Shown in pieces: positions 56,776 through 64,000 of a stretch of 64,000 bases of DNA. The stretch is from the IMG/VR virus record IMGVR_UViG_3300034520_000094, positions 1,522 through 65,521 of that record; one strand, written 5' to 3'. Each line of letters starts with the position of its first letter. The stretch's first letter is position 1. The position numbers and the translations under genes were made by a program. Below the pieces are notes generated by a model. It saw only the letters and a list, made by a program, of their open reading frames with translations, was not told the origin of the DNA and searched no databases. Source of the stretch: a virus (taxonomy: Duplodnaviria > Caudoviricetes).

Positions 56776-58092
56776 ATGAATAAAATGTATGAAGAGGCAC
56801 AGGTACCGTCTTTTCTCGTAGAGAGCAAAGAGCGGAGAGAGAAGTGGGCTTATTTGACCGAGGGTCTTGACGACTATAAACGTCTTGCTCTTGAGACTAT
56901 GCTGGAGAATGCCAGCCGCTGGGCAATGACTGAACAGTCTGATACTAGCAATGTTCAGGCGTTTACGACTTTTGGTTTTCCGTTGATTCGGAGGGTTTTT
57001 CCGAATCTGATTGCTAATGACTTGGTATCGGTTCAGCCAATGACTATGCCGACTGCGATGGTGTTTTACCTGGATTTTGCTTATGGAACGACCATTCGTG
57101 GGACGACTGCTGGGGATGTTATTGCTGACAAGTTCAATCCGTACTATGCTGGTGGCATGGTTCGTGGGCTTTTGCTGGGTACTGGCGATGGTAACAAGAC
57201 TGTGTTTACTGTGCCTAATGGTACTCAGATACTGCCTGTGTTGGCCGATTCGTTTACGGTTTATGTTGACGGTGTTGCTGTTGTTGCAACGTTGACAGAT
57301 GCTGCGACTGGCGAGTTTACGCTTAGTTCTGCACCAGCTGCTGGGGCCGCTGTTACTGTTGATTACAGTCTTAGCACTCCGACCGAAGGCGGGAATGATA
57401 TCCCTGAAATAGACTTTGATATGCGGTCTGAGTCTGTTGTAGCTGAGACCAAGAAACTGAAAGCAAAATGGACTTTGGAATCGCAGCAGGATATGTTGGC
57501 ATACCATGGTGTAAATGCAGAGACTGAACTGCTGGCGATATTGGGTGATGAAATTAGGCGTGAGATAGACCGTTTGATTATCAACGATTTGTATAATATA
57601 GCTTCTGCTGGTAATGTAAATTGGGCCAAGACTATGCCTGCTGACTACGAAGGTTCTGATAGAGAGTACAAAGCAACTTTGTGGGAAGCTATCATAGACG
57701 CAAACACGTTGATATACAAGCGCAGATTCAGAAATGCAACTTGGATTGTTGCTGACCCTGATACGTGTTCTCGCCTTGAGAAGCTTGACGGGTTTGCCGA
57801 GACTAAGCAGGAATGGAGCGGAAACTCTGGTATGGGATTAGAGAGGTTCGGGATTATAAGGAACAGATTCATGGTTTACAAAGACCCGTTGGCTCCACCG
57901 AACAAGATGCTTCTTGGCCACAGAGGGACCAGCATGTTTGAGACTGGCTATGTTTACGCACCGTATGTTCCGCTGTTTACGACTCCTGTGTTTATGGACC
58001 CGAATGACATGGTGCCTCGTCGCTCTGTAATGAGCAGATTTGCTCGTAAGCCTATAATCCCAGACCTGTATGCAACGGTTACTTTAGTTTAG
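56776..58092 (+). CDS. Major capsid protein (T4 gp23-like) with inserted Ig-like domain
   Basis: PLIRRVFPNLIANDLVSVQPM, KKLKAKWTLESQQD, EIDR, GYVYAPYVPL. Confidence 0.92.
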   Translation: MNKMYEEAQVPSFLVESKERREKWAYLTEGLDDYKRLALETMLENASRWAMTEQSDTSNVQAFTTFGFPLIRRVFPNLIANDLVSVQPMTMPTAMVFYLDFAYGTTIRGTTAGDVIADKFNPYYAGGMVRGLLLGTGDGNKTVFTVPNGTQILPVLADSFTVYVDGVAVVATLTDAATGEFTLSSAPAAGAAVTVDYSLSTPTEGGNDIPEIDFDMRSESVVAETKKLKAKWTLESQQDMLAYHGVNAETELLAILGDEIRREIDRLIINDLYNIASAGNVNWAKTMPADYEGSDREYKATLWEAIIDANTLIYKRRFRNATWIVADPDTCSRLEKLDGFAETKQEWSGNSGMGLERFGIIRNRFMVYKDPLAPPNKMLLGHRGTSMFETGYVYAPYVPLFTTPVFMDPNDMVPRRSVMSRFARKPIIPDLYATVTLV

Positions 58093-58106
58093 TAGAATGT
58101 GTGTGG

Positions 58107-58140
58107 CAAAGGAGTAGGGCAGAGACTCTGCTCCTTTTTT
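58107..58140 (+). terminator. Terminator after capsid gene
   Basis: AAAGGAGTAGGG/CTCTGCTCCTTT + T tract. Confidence 0.75.
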
Positions 58141-58220
58141 GAAAACAGCATGGCAGATAGCATGCCAGCCGAGTTCCGAGCTGGACCGAGTCTGCCTAGC
58201 AATGAATAGGAGGAACAAAG

Positions 58221-58745
58221 ATGGCTCGTATTTATCGTAAGCAGATTATAGCAGGCGAGAAACTGGTGCTCCCGTCTGGAACTCCAGTTGACGCTGTAGC
58301 TGCTACTGGTGTTTTGACGTTTAGCGGTGTTACTGCTGACGGAGAAACTGTAACTATAGGAAGTCATGTCTATGAATTTGATACTGACGACGATATAGAT
58401 GCAGGACATATTGCAGTTGATATTTCGGGTGGAGCAACTGCTGCGGCCTCTTGCACTGCACTTGTTGCTGCTATTAATGGCGACGCTGGAGCAGTAGTTA
58501 TTGCGGCCGAAGGCGATGGTGATACAGTAAATCTTACCGCCAAGGTAAAAGGTGCAGCTGGTAACGAAATCGCTACAACTGAAACTTGTGCTAATGGTTC
58601 TTTCGCAAAGTCTACGTTAACTGGCGGGATTAATGGAACTGTTGCAGACAAAGGCGAGATTCTGTTTGATAGTTCGAAACTGTACGTTGCTGTAGATACT
58701 TGTACGGTGTCTGTGTCTAATTGGAAAGAAGTAGCTCTGTCCTAG
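58221..58745 (+). CDS. Virion structural protein (head decoration-like)
   Basis: Ala/Gly/Thr-rich beta protein, AATGVLTF..DGETVTIG...LTAKVKGAAGN. Confidence 0.55.
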   Translation: MARIYRKQIIAGEKLVLPSGTPVDAVAATGVLTFSGVTADGETVTIGSHVYEFDTDDDIDAGHIAVDISGGATAAASCTALVAAINGDAGAVVIAAEGDGDTVNLTAKVKGAAGNEIATTETCANGSFAKSTLTGGINGTVADKGEILFDSSKLYVAVDTCTVSVSNWKEVALS

Positions 58746-58790
58746 GGCAGATGTTGCGTAGTGAACAGGACAAATTGAAGGAGGAAATTG

Positions 58791-58985
58791 ATGATGGCTA
58801 GAAAAAGATTTAGGAACGTGTCAGGCAAGCTTCAGGTGCTGTATGACGAAACAGGCGACAAGCGGGAAATTGTACCGAATGGAACGATTATTCTGGAAGA
58901 AACGTGGGGTGCAAGATTTAACCGATTTCTTGAAGTAGTACCTGACTCACCAGTTGAACAGCCTAAGAAGACTGCTAGCAAATGA
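58791..58985 (+). CDS. Hypothetical small protein
   Basis: RBS GAAGGAGG. Confidence 0.6.
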   Translation: MMARKRFRNVSGKLQVLYDETGDKREIVPNGTIILEETWGARFNRFLEVVPDSPVEQPKKTASK

Positions 58986-59004
58986 TAGAGAGAAGGGTTA
59001 AAGT

Positions 59005-59679
59005 ATGACTGTTTTAGATATGGTAGCAAAGCTAACTGCAATGCTCGGAAGCACGGGTGTAAGTATACCCTCAGCATCGCTACAGTCAGCTATTGACTCT
59101 GCTCTTGATGATTTAGCACGGCTCAAGCCAAAAGTTCAGTATGTACCCGTAACTTTGATTGCTGGCATTTCAGAATATGATGTGCCAGCAGATACGTATA
59201 ATGTTTTAGATGTTGTGTTTCCCGATTTAGGAACTGTAGACCCAGATGTCTTTGGCCCAGTAAGCTTAGCGGATGCAGTGGATTTTCATAGGCATTCGTT
59301 GTTAGTTATTTTGGCACAAAAGTGGGAACAGTTTGACAACAGCTTTGGATATAACTGGGAGTATAACATTGATACGAAGAAAGTTTTAGTAATGCCTACT
59401 CCGCATGTTAACAGTCTGATGGTTCTCAGGATAGCGCAGAAAAGAACGATAGAAGAACTGCCAGACAGTTTGCTAATTGTGGTTGAAAAGTTGGCGTTAG
59501 CTGAAGCACTCAGAAGTCTAGCCGTAACAGTTGGAGGCGGTATTACGTCTGTTCCGATTGGTATAGGAAATGTGTCGTTTAGCTCAGAAAGATTGACTCA
59601 GCAAGCGGATGCACTGAGAGCTGAAGCATTGAAAAGATTAGGTACGAATGATGGTGGAGGGGCGGTGTTGATAGGATGA
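59005..59679 (+). CDS. Head-tail adaptor/neck protein
   Basis: Position; LIAGISEYDVP...VLVMPTP neck-like motifs. Confidence 0.6.
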   Translation: MTVLDMVAKLTAMLGSTGVSIPSASLQSAIDSALDDLARLKPKVQYVPVTLIAGISEYDVPADTYNVLDVVFPDLGTVDPDVFGPVSLADAVDFHRHSLLVILAQKWEQFDNSFGYNWEYNIDTKKVLVMPTPHVNSLMVLRIAQKRTIEELPDSLLIVVEKLALAEALRSLAVTVGGGITSVPIGIGNVSFSSERLTQQADALRAEALKRLGTNDGGGAVLIG

Positions 59680-59942
59680 ATAGTCTGTTTGATGGTCCGT
59701 TGCCGAAAGGCATGAAATTGCCTAAGTCTCTTATGGATGAAATGCAGCAAGATGATACTGAAGGTGGGTTGACTCATGTTGATGTGAACTACAGCAAGCT
59801 GATACGCCAAGCACTGGAGAAGATAGACGAGGTTGACTTGCAAGTTATAGCTTTGGATATGCATGAATCGGCAGGAAGTAATCCGTTAGTCCGAATTGAG
59901 ATTGAAGTCTTGCCGAAGGATGAACAAAGCCATGATAAGTGA
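59676..59942 (+). CDS. Hypothetical protein
   Basis: Overlapping start/stop. Confidence 0.5.
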   Translation: MNSLFDGPLPKGMKLPKSLMDEMQQDDTEGGLTHVDVNYSKLIRQALEKIDEVDLQVIALDMHESAGSNPLVRIEIEVLPKDEQSHDK

Positions 59943-60306
59943 GAAGCAAAAGTTTGCGATTGACTATGCTATTAGCTTGAATCCAACAGAAGTTGTGATT
60001 TCTAGAGTGGAATACGTAGAGGAAAACGGGGCAAGAGTCAGAAAAGATTCTACGATTCCGAAGCAGACTTGGCTAGTGTACCCGCAGTCCCCGAATGCGA
60101 ATGAACGTCGAGCCGAAGGTGGGTTGGCCGACGTATCAGATTGGGGGGCACTAGCTCCACGCACTGCAAATGTCAGATGGGGAGCACATGTTACAGACAG
60201 CTTTGTGATGAAAGACGTTGGAACATTGGAAGTTGTGAGTGGCCGCCCAATTAGGGTAGGGTCGGATGTGAACGGATATCAGTTAGATTTAAGGTTGGTG
60301 AAGTAA
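59920..60306 (+). CDS. Head-closure (stopper) protein
   Basis: Position and size in neck module. Confidence 0.5.
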   Translation: MNKAMISEKQKFAIDYAISLNPTEVVISRVEYVEENGARVRKDSTIPKQTWLVYPQSPNANERRAEGGLADVSDWGALAPRTANVRWGAHVTDSFVMKDVGTLEVVSGRPIRVGSDVNGYQLDLRLVK

Positions 60307-60307
60307 C

Positions 60308-60646
60308 ATGAAGCTTGAAGGAACAGCTGAAGTAATCAGAAACCTTGAGAGTTGGCGGGATAAAAGTATAGCCAAGATAGAGAATGTAAGCAAGCAGCAA
60401 ATAGTTCCTATGCTTGAGAAGTATGCCAAGCAGAACAGGCCATGGACTGACCGAACTGGTAATGCAAGACGTGGCTTGCATGGAAAAGTTGTAGTAACAG
60501 CACGAGAGATAGCAATTCAGTTGCATCATGGCGTAAGTTATGGAGTGTACTTAGAATTGTCTCATGCTGGCAGGTATGCGATTCTTCGCCCAACGCTAGA
60601 AGCAAAGCGGGAAGAGATTGCTCGTATTTTGGAAAAAGTATTGTAA
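60308..60646 (+). CDS. HK97 gp10-like tail completion protein
   Basis: PWTDRTGNARR.L...HGVSYGVYLEL...YAILRPT. Confidence 0.85.
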   Translation: MKLEGTAEVIRNLESWRDKSIAKIENVSKQQIVPMLEKYAKQNRPWTDRTGNARRGLHGKVVVTAREIAIQLHHGVSYGVYLELSHAGRYAILRPTLEAKREEIARILEKVL

Positions 60647-60659
60647 GGAAGTGGCTTGA

Positions 60660-61040
60660 ATGAGAAGAGCTATACGAAACAGATTGCTAGCAACGATAGC
60701 AGACGTTGGTAAGCGAATATATGAGCCGTTTGTTCCTGGCCCTGCAACTGTAAAACCGTATATTGTTGTAAAGAAGGGCGGGGACATCGCTACCAATATG
60801 CGGTATGGCTTTGAAGTTCCGTTTGAAATTTGGTTGTATTGCGATAGAACCAGCTTTGTAGAATTAGATAGCCTGCAAAGTAAGGTTGTTATAGCATTAG
60901 ATGAAGTTGAATTAGAAACTGCTGGTGGGCAGAAATTCGAGCTAAAGTTCATAGGTGCTAGCGAAGATTACTATGATGATGACTGGCAAGCGTTGACACG
61001 AAGGTTAGATTTTAGGACTGTTCGTGTATGGGGAGGTTAA
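60660..61040 (+). CDS. Tail terminator protein
   Basis: RRAIR..L...KPYIVV...; position. Confidence 0.65.
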   Translation: MRRAIRNRLLATIADVGKRIYEPFVPGPATVKPYIVVKKGGDIATNMRYGFEVPFEIWLYCDRTSFVELDSLQSKVVIALDEVELETAGGQKFELKFIGASEDYYDDDWQALTRRLDFRTVRVWGG

Positions 61041-61042
61041 GA

Positions 61043-61213
61043 ATGAGAGCGAAAGTTAGCAGGGTTTTTGTATATAGAGGCAGAGAGTATCGACTTGTAG
61101 CTGGAACACCTGTAGGAGATTTTCCGAAAGAGGTAATAGACAAGATGTTGGCATTTGGCCTTATTGAAGCGGCCGAAAAGCCAGCTGGTAAAACTGGAAG
61201 GAGGAAGAAATAA
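61043..61213 (+). CDS. Hypothetical small protein
   Basis: RBS GGGAGG; TAATG coupling to tail tube gene. Confidence 0.55.
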   Translation: MRAKVSRVFVYRGREYRLVAGTPVGDFPKEVIDKMLAFGLIEAAEKPAGKTGRRKK

Positions 61214-62058
61214 TGGCAACTCAGATTAAGAAAGGGTATATGCGTGGATGCAGAGGTATTCTGCTCACTGGGCTGAATGCTGACGGAAGTATGCCAGACG
61301 AACCAGAGCAATACTGGATTGATACGGCGCAGGAAGCCAGTATTGAAACAGAAATAGTAGAAGGCGAAACGAGCGACCTGAGGGGTGGAGACCGTTTGTT
61401 GGTCAGGGTAGAAGAAAGCGACGTTATAGTAGGTGTGAACGTAGACTTTACGAACGCTAGATTCGATGCAAGGGTTGTTCAGATGCTAATGGGTGGGAAG
61501 CTCATTACTGAAGGGTCTGGAGACGATGAAGAAATCATTGGATGGGAAGCACCAACGGTTGTGGAACAATCGGTGAAGCATCCAGTTCAGGCCGAGGTTT
61601 ATGTACAATCGTTTAACGGCGAAGGTGGGCGTGAAGCATATCTGAAGTATATATTCCCGTATGCGATAGGTGTGTTAAGTTCTGTTGAGCATAGCGACCA
61701 AGAATGGGGTACGCCAGAGTTTTCGCTTAAAGCTCGTGAGAATCCTAGCACGGGTGCAGCGGCATACAGCAAGAGATTCGTTGCTGACTTACCGACTGTG
61801 AAATACGACATTGACGTAGATATTACTGGCGGTACGGCAACTGTTACGTTGAATCCTGTATCGCCTGTTCCGTCTGGCTCAACAGTTACAGTTACGCTTA
61901 GTGCTATTGAAACTGGCAAAGAACTTGATACGATTGTTGCAATGGACAGTGATGGTACGCAGATTACGCTTACTGAAACTCTGCCTGGAGAAGCATGGAC
62001 ATTTACGATGCCAAGAAGTGCTGTAACGATTGCTATTGCTCTCAAGTTATCTGAATAG
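61213..62058 (+). CDS. Major tail (tube) protein with C-terminal Ig-like domain
   Basis: Tube-like core ending PEFSLKAREN; C-terminal GSTVTVT...WTFTMP.SAVTI. Confidence 0.75.
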   Translation: MATQIKKGYMRGCRGILLTGLNADGSMPDEPEQYWIDTAQEASIETEIVEGETSDLRGGDRLLVRVEESDVIVGVNVDFTNARFDARVVQMLMGGKLITEGSGDDEEIIGWEAPTVVEQSVKHPVQAEVYVQSFNGEGGREAYLKYIFPYAIGVLSSVEHSDQEWGTPEFSLKARENPSTGAAAYSKRFVADLPTVKYDIDVDITGGTATVTLNPVSPVPSGSTVTVTLSAIETGKELDTIVAMDSDGTQITLTETLPGEAWTFTMPRSAVTIAIALKLSE

Positions 62059-62070
62059 CAGTAGTTTGGA

Positions 62071-62406
62071 ATGGAGACTATCGTTATGAGTGAAAAGAAT
62101 GTGGTATGCGATGTATGTTCGGCTGTGTTTGATATGAATACTGTAGCGATTCAAAAGGAACAGTTGACTAACGATAGAATAGGTTTATACTTTGTGTGTC
62201 CAGCGTGCGGGGCTAAGTTCCCGTTCGCTGGCATAACAAAGAATGGTATTCAGCTTCAGAAAGAGTTGCAAACGATTAGCAAGAAAATAGACAAAGCAAA
62301 AGATGAAAAGACGAAGATGGTTTATTGGAGACGATATCAGGCTTTGCTTGATGTCTACTCGAAAGAAATCAGTGGACCGTACAAAGAAGAGGAGGTAGTG
62401 CAGTAA
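62071..62406 (+). CDS. Zn-ribbon hypothetical protein
   Basis: CDVC...YFVCPACG + coiled coil. Confidence 0.6.
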   Translation: METIVMSEKNVVCDVCSAVFDMNTVAIQKEQLTNDRIGLYFVCPACGAKFPFAGITKNGIQLQKELQTISKKIDKAKDEKTKMVYWRRYQALLDVYSKEISGPYKEEEVVQ

Positions 62407-62828
62407 TGGAAGAAAAGAAAGTAATCTCGATTGAAGAGATTCGTGAAAAAGCTCAAGGAACGGTGATTGAAATTTCTGACTGGAGTCCGAACGGGAAGAT
62501 TGCTGTTCGGGTTCGAGCTATAGATATGACTCCGCACATTCTGGCTTTGGAAAAAATGCCGAATGCGCTAAAGAATGCTGCGAACGAAGTGTTTAATGGA
62601 AAGACTTCAAGTATGAAGCAGATAAATGACGCAGCAAGCAAAGTAGATATGGACGATATTACTGGTATGATGCCAATTATTGAAGGTATAGTCAGAGAAG
62701 TTTTAGTTGAACCTAAGTACGACGAGATTCAAGCGATATATCCGCTAACGCTGAATCAGAAAATGGAACTGTTTAAGTTCGCCATGGGAGGCATAGAAAA
62801 GTTAGATTCCTTTCGTACGGGACTCTGA
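62406..62828 (+). CDS. Tail assembly chaperone (G-like)
   Basis: Before TMP; ends LDSFR at TCC TTT CGT slippery site. Confidence 0.75.
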   Translation: MEEKKVISIEEIREKAQGTVIEISDWSPNGKIAVRVRAIDMTPHILALEKMPNALKNAANEVFNGKTSSMKQINDAASKVDMDDITGMMPIIEGIVREVLVEPKYDEIQAIYPLTLNQKMELFKFAMGGIEKLDSFRTGL

Positions 62829-63009
62829 TAAGATGATTGAATTGATTTCGGTAGCAAAGACGTTTGGTGTTAGGCCAAGTTCTTTGTTGTACGGAATCTC
62901 TAGCTATGAAGCCTATTGTTTTGATACTGCTTGCTTAGTCTATATAGTAGAAATGGACAAAGGCAAAAAGCCGATACGAAACATGGGCGATGCTTTGACA
63001 TGGCTGTAA
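62812..63009 (+). CDS. Tail chaperone frameshift extension (T-like), +1 frame
   Basis: +1 frame FVRDSDKMIELISVAKTFGVRPSSLL...AYCFDTAC...TWL*. Confidence 0.7.
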   Translation, partial: FVRDSDKMIELISVAKTFGVRPSSLLYGISSYEAYCFDTACLVYIVEMDKGKKPIRNMGDALTWL

Positions 63010-63032
63010 CGGTATAGGAAGGGGATGCTATA

Positions 63033-64000
63033 GTGGCTGATGTTTTAGGAACGATTTATGCAGAATTACGGCTACGGATAGACCGATTTAAGCAAGACAT
63101 TGCAGAAGCAAGCACAGAAATTAAGACGCTGGAAAAAGGCGTATCAGAAAATATGAATAATATAGCCACGGTTGGCAACGGTCTAAAAAGCGTCGGTGGA
63201 GCTATGAGCAAGTATGTTACTGCTCCGATAGTTGCAATGGGAACAGCATCCGTATATGTAAGTCAACAGTTTGAAGAAGCCATGTCTGAAGTGAAAGCTG
63301 TAAGTAATGTAACAGGTGAAGAGTTCAATAAGCTAAAAGAATTGGCAATGGAAATGGGTGCAAAGACTAAGTTCTCTGCACTTGAAGCGGCTAATGCTAT
63401 GTTCGAACTGATGAAAGCTGGCTTTGACGCAAACGAAATTATGTCAGTCCTCCCTGCTACACTAGACCTAGCAGCTGCTGGTGGTGTTGGTTTGGCCGAA
63501 GCGTCCAAGATTGTTGCGCAATCAATGAATATGTTTGGCGAGACAGCCGACCAGACCAGCAGATATGCAGATGTTTTTGCAAAAGCGGCTGCAATCGGTG
63601 CATTGGATGTAACGACACTTGCTGAAGCTCTATCGTACGCTGGCCCATCCGCAGCAGCAATGGGATATTCGTTGGAAGAAACGGCGGCTATATTAGCTGT
63701 GTTCTCTGACGCAGGTATTGAAAGCACCAGAGCAGGTACGACTTTTGAAGCAATGCTGCGTGATATGAAAAAGAATGCTCTAGAAAGTGGTGGAGCATTA
63801 AAGTTTGTAGACAAAGCAGGCAAAGAAGTTTCGATTTCTATGTATGATGCACATGGAAACATTAGACCGATGGTGGATATTTTGGCCGATTTAGAAAGAG
63901 CAACGGCTGGAATGTCTGACGCACAGAGAGACGCTGCTTTAGCTAATGTAGCAAACACGCAAGGTTTGCGTGGTCTGAATGTGTTGCTTGGCAAAGGTTC
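63033..64000 (+). CDS. Tape measure protein, N-terminal part (TP901-type; 3'-truncated)
   Basis: VLGTIYAELRL...YVTAPIVAMG...FEEAMSEVKAV...KTKFSALEAA...LDLAAAG; open to window end. Confidence 0.92.
   Translation, partial: MADVLGTIYAELRLRIDRFKQDIAEASTEIKTLEKGVSENMNNIATVGNGLKSVGGAMSKYVTAPIVAMGTASVYVSQQFEEAMSEVKAVSNVTGEEFNKLKELAMEMGAKTKFSALEAANAMFELMKAGFDANEIMSVLPATLDLAAAGGVGLAEASKIVAQSMNMFGETADQTSRYADVFAKAAAIGALDVTTLAEALSYAGPSAAAMGYSLEETAAILAVFSDAGIESTRAGTTFEAMLRDMKKNALESGGALKFVDKAGKEVSISMYDAHGNIRPMVDILADLERATAGMSDAQRDAALANVANTQGLRGLNVLLGKG

Noticed and set aside
1-64000. All minus-strand ORFs in the track (e.g. 8874-9671, 56617-57507, 63263-63994)
   Set aside because: They are antisense shadows of well-supported + strand genes, with Ser/Phe/Leu-rich composition and no RBS or motifs.
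1-64000. tRNA genes, integrase, stop-codon reassignment
   Set aside because: No cloverleaf or recombinase motifs recognised; standard-code ORFs tile the sequence densely.

Overview
The window is almost a complete, circularly permuted genome of a tailed phage of a Firmicutes host, probably a spore-forming Clostridia/Bacillota. It begins in the C-terminus of the tape measure gene and ends in its N-terminus. All credible genes lie on the + strand. Order: tail tip/receptor-binding genes (1-7.4 kb); lysis cassette (7.5-9.9 kb); an early/replication region (10-37 kb) driven by about 13 near-identical sigmaA promoter cassettes, with an initiator carrying iterons, DnaC-like loader, DnaB, primase, SSB, intein-containing PolA, SF2 helicase, RecA, nucleases, a SigE/SigK-like sigma factor and SpoVS; a sugar/amino-acyl modification cluster (37.6-46.6 kb); nucleotide metabolism genes (dNTP diphosphohydrolase, ThyX); intein-containing terminase; T4-like portal/protease/capsid; and siphovirus-type neck and tail genes with a +1 frameshifting tail chaperone. 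No integrase or clear repressor is seen, which suggests a lytic lifestyle. The best candidate for an undescribed system is the modification cluster (PIG-L deacetylase, SAM methyltransferase, divergent PurD-like ATP-grasp ligase, WbqC, two paralogous GT-B glycosyltransferases, NDP-sugar epimerase, ParB-like protein), which could build an aminoacylated amino-sugar on phage DNA or the virion. All calls come from motif recognition by eye; no database searches were run.
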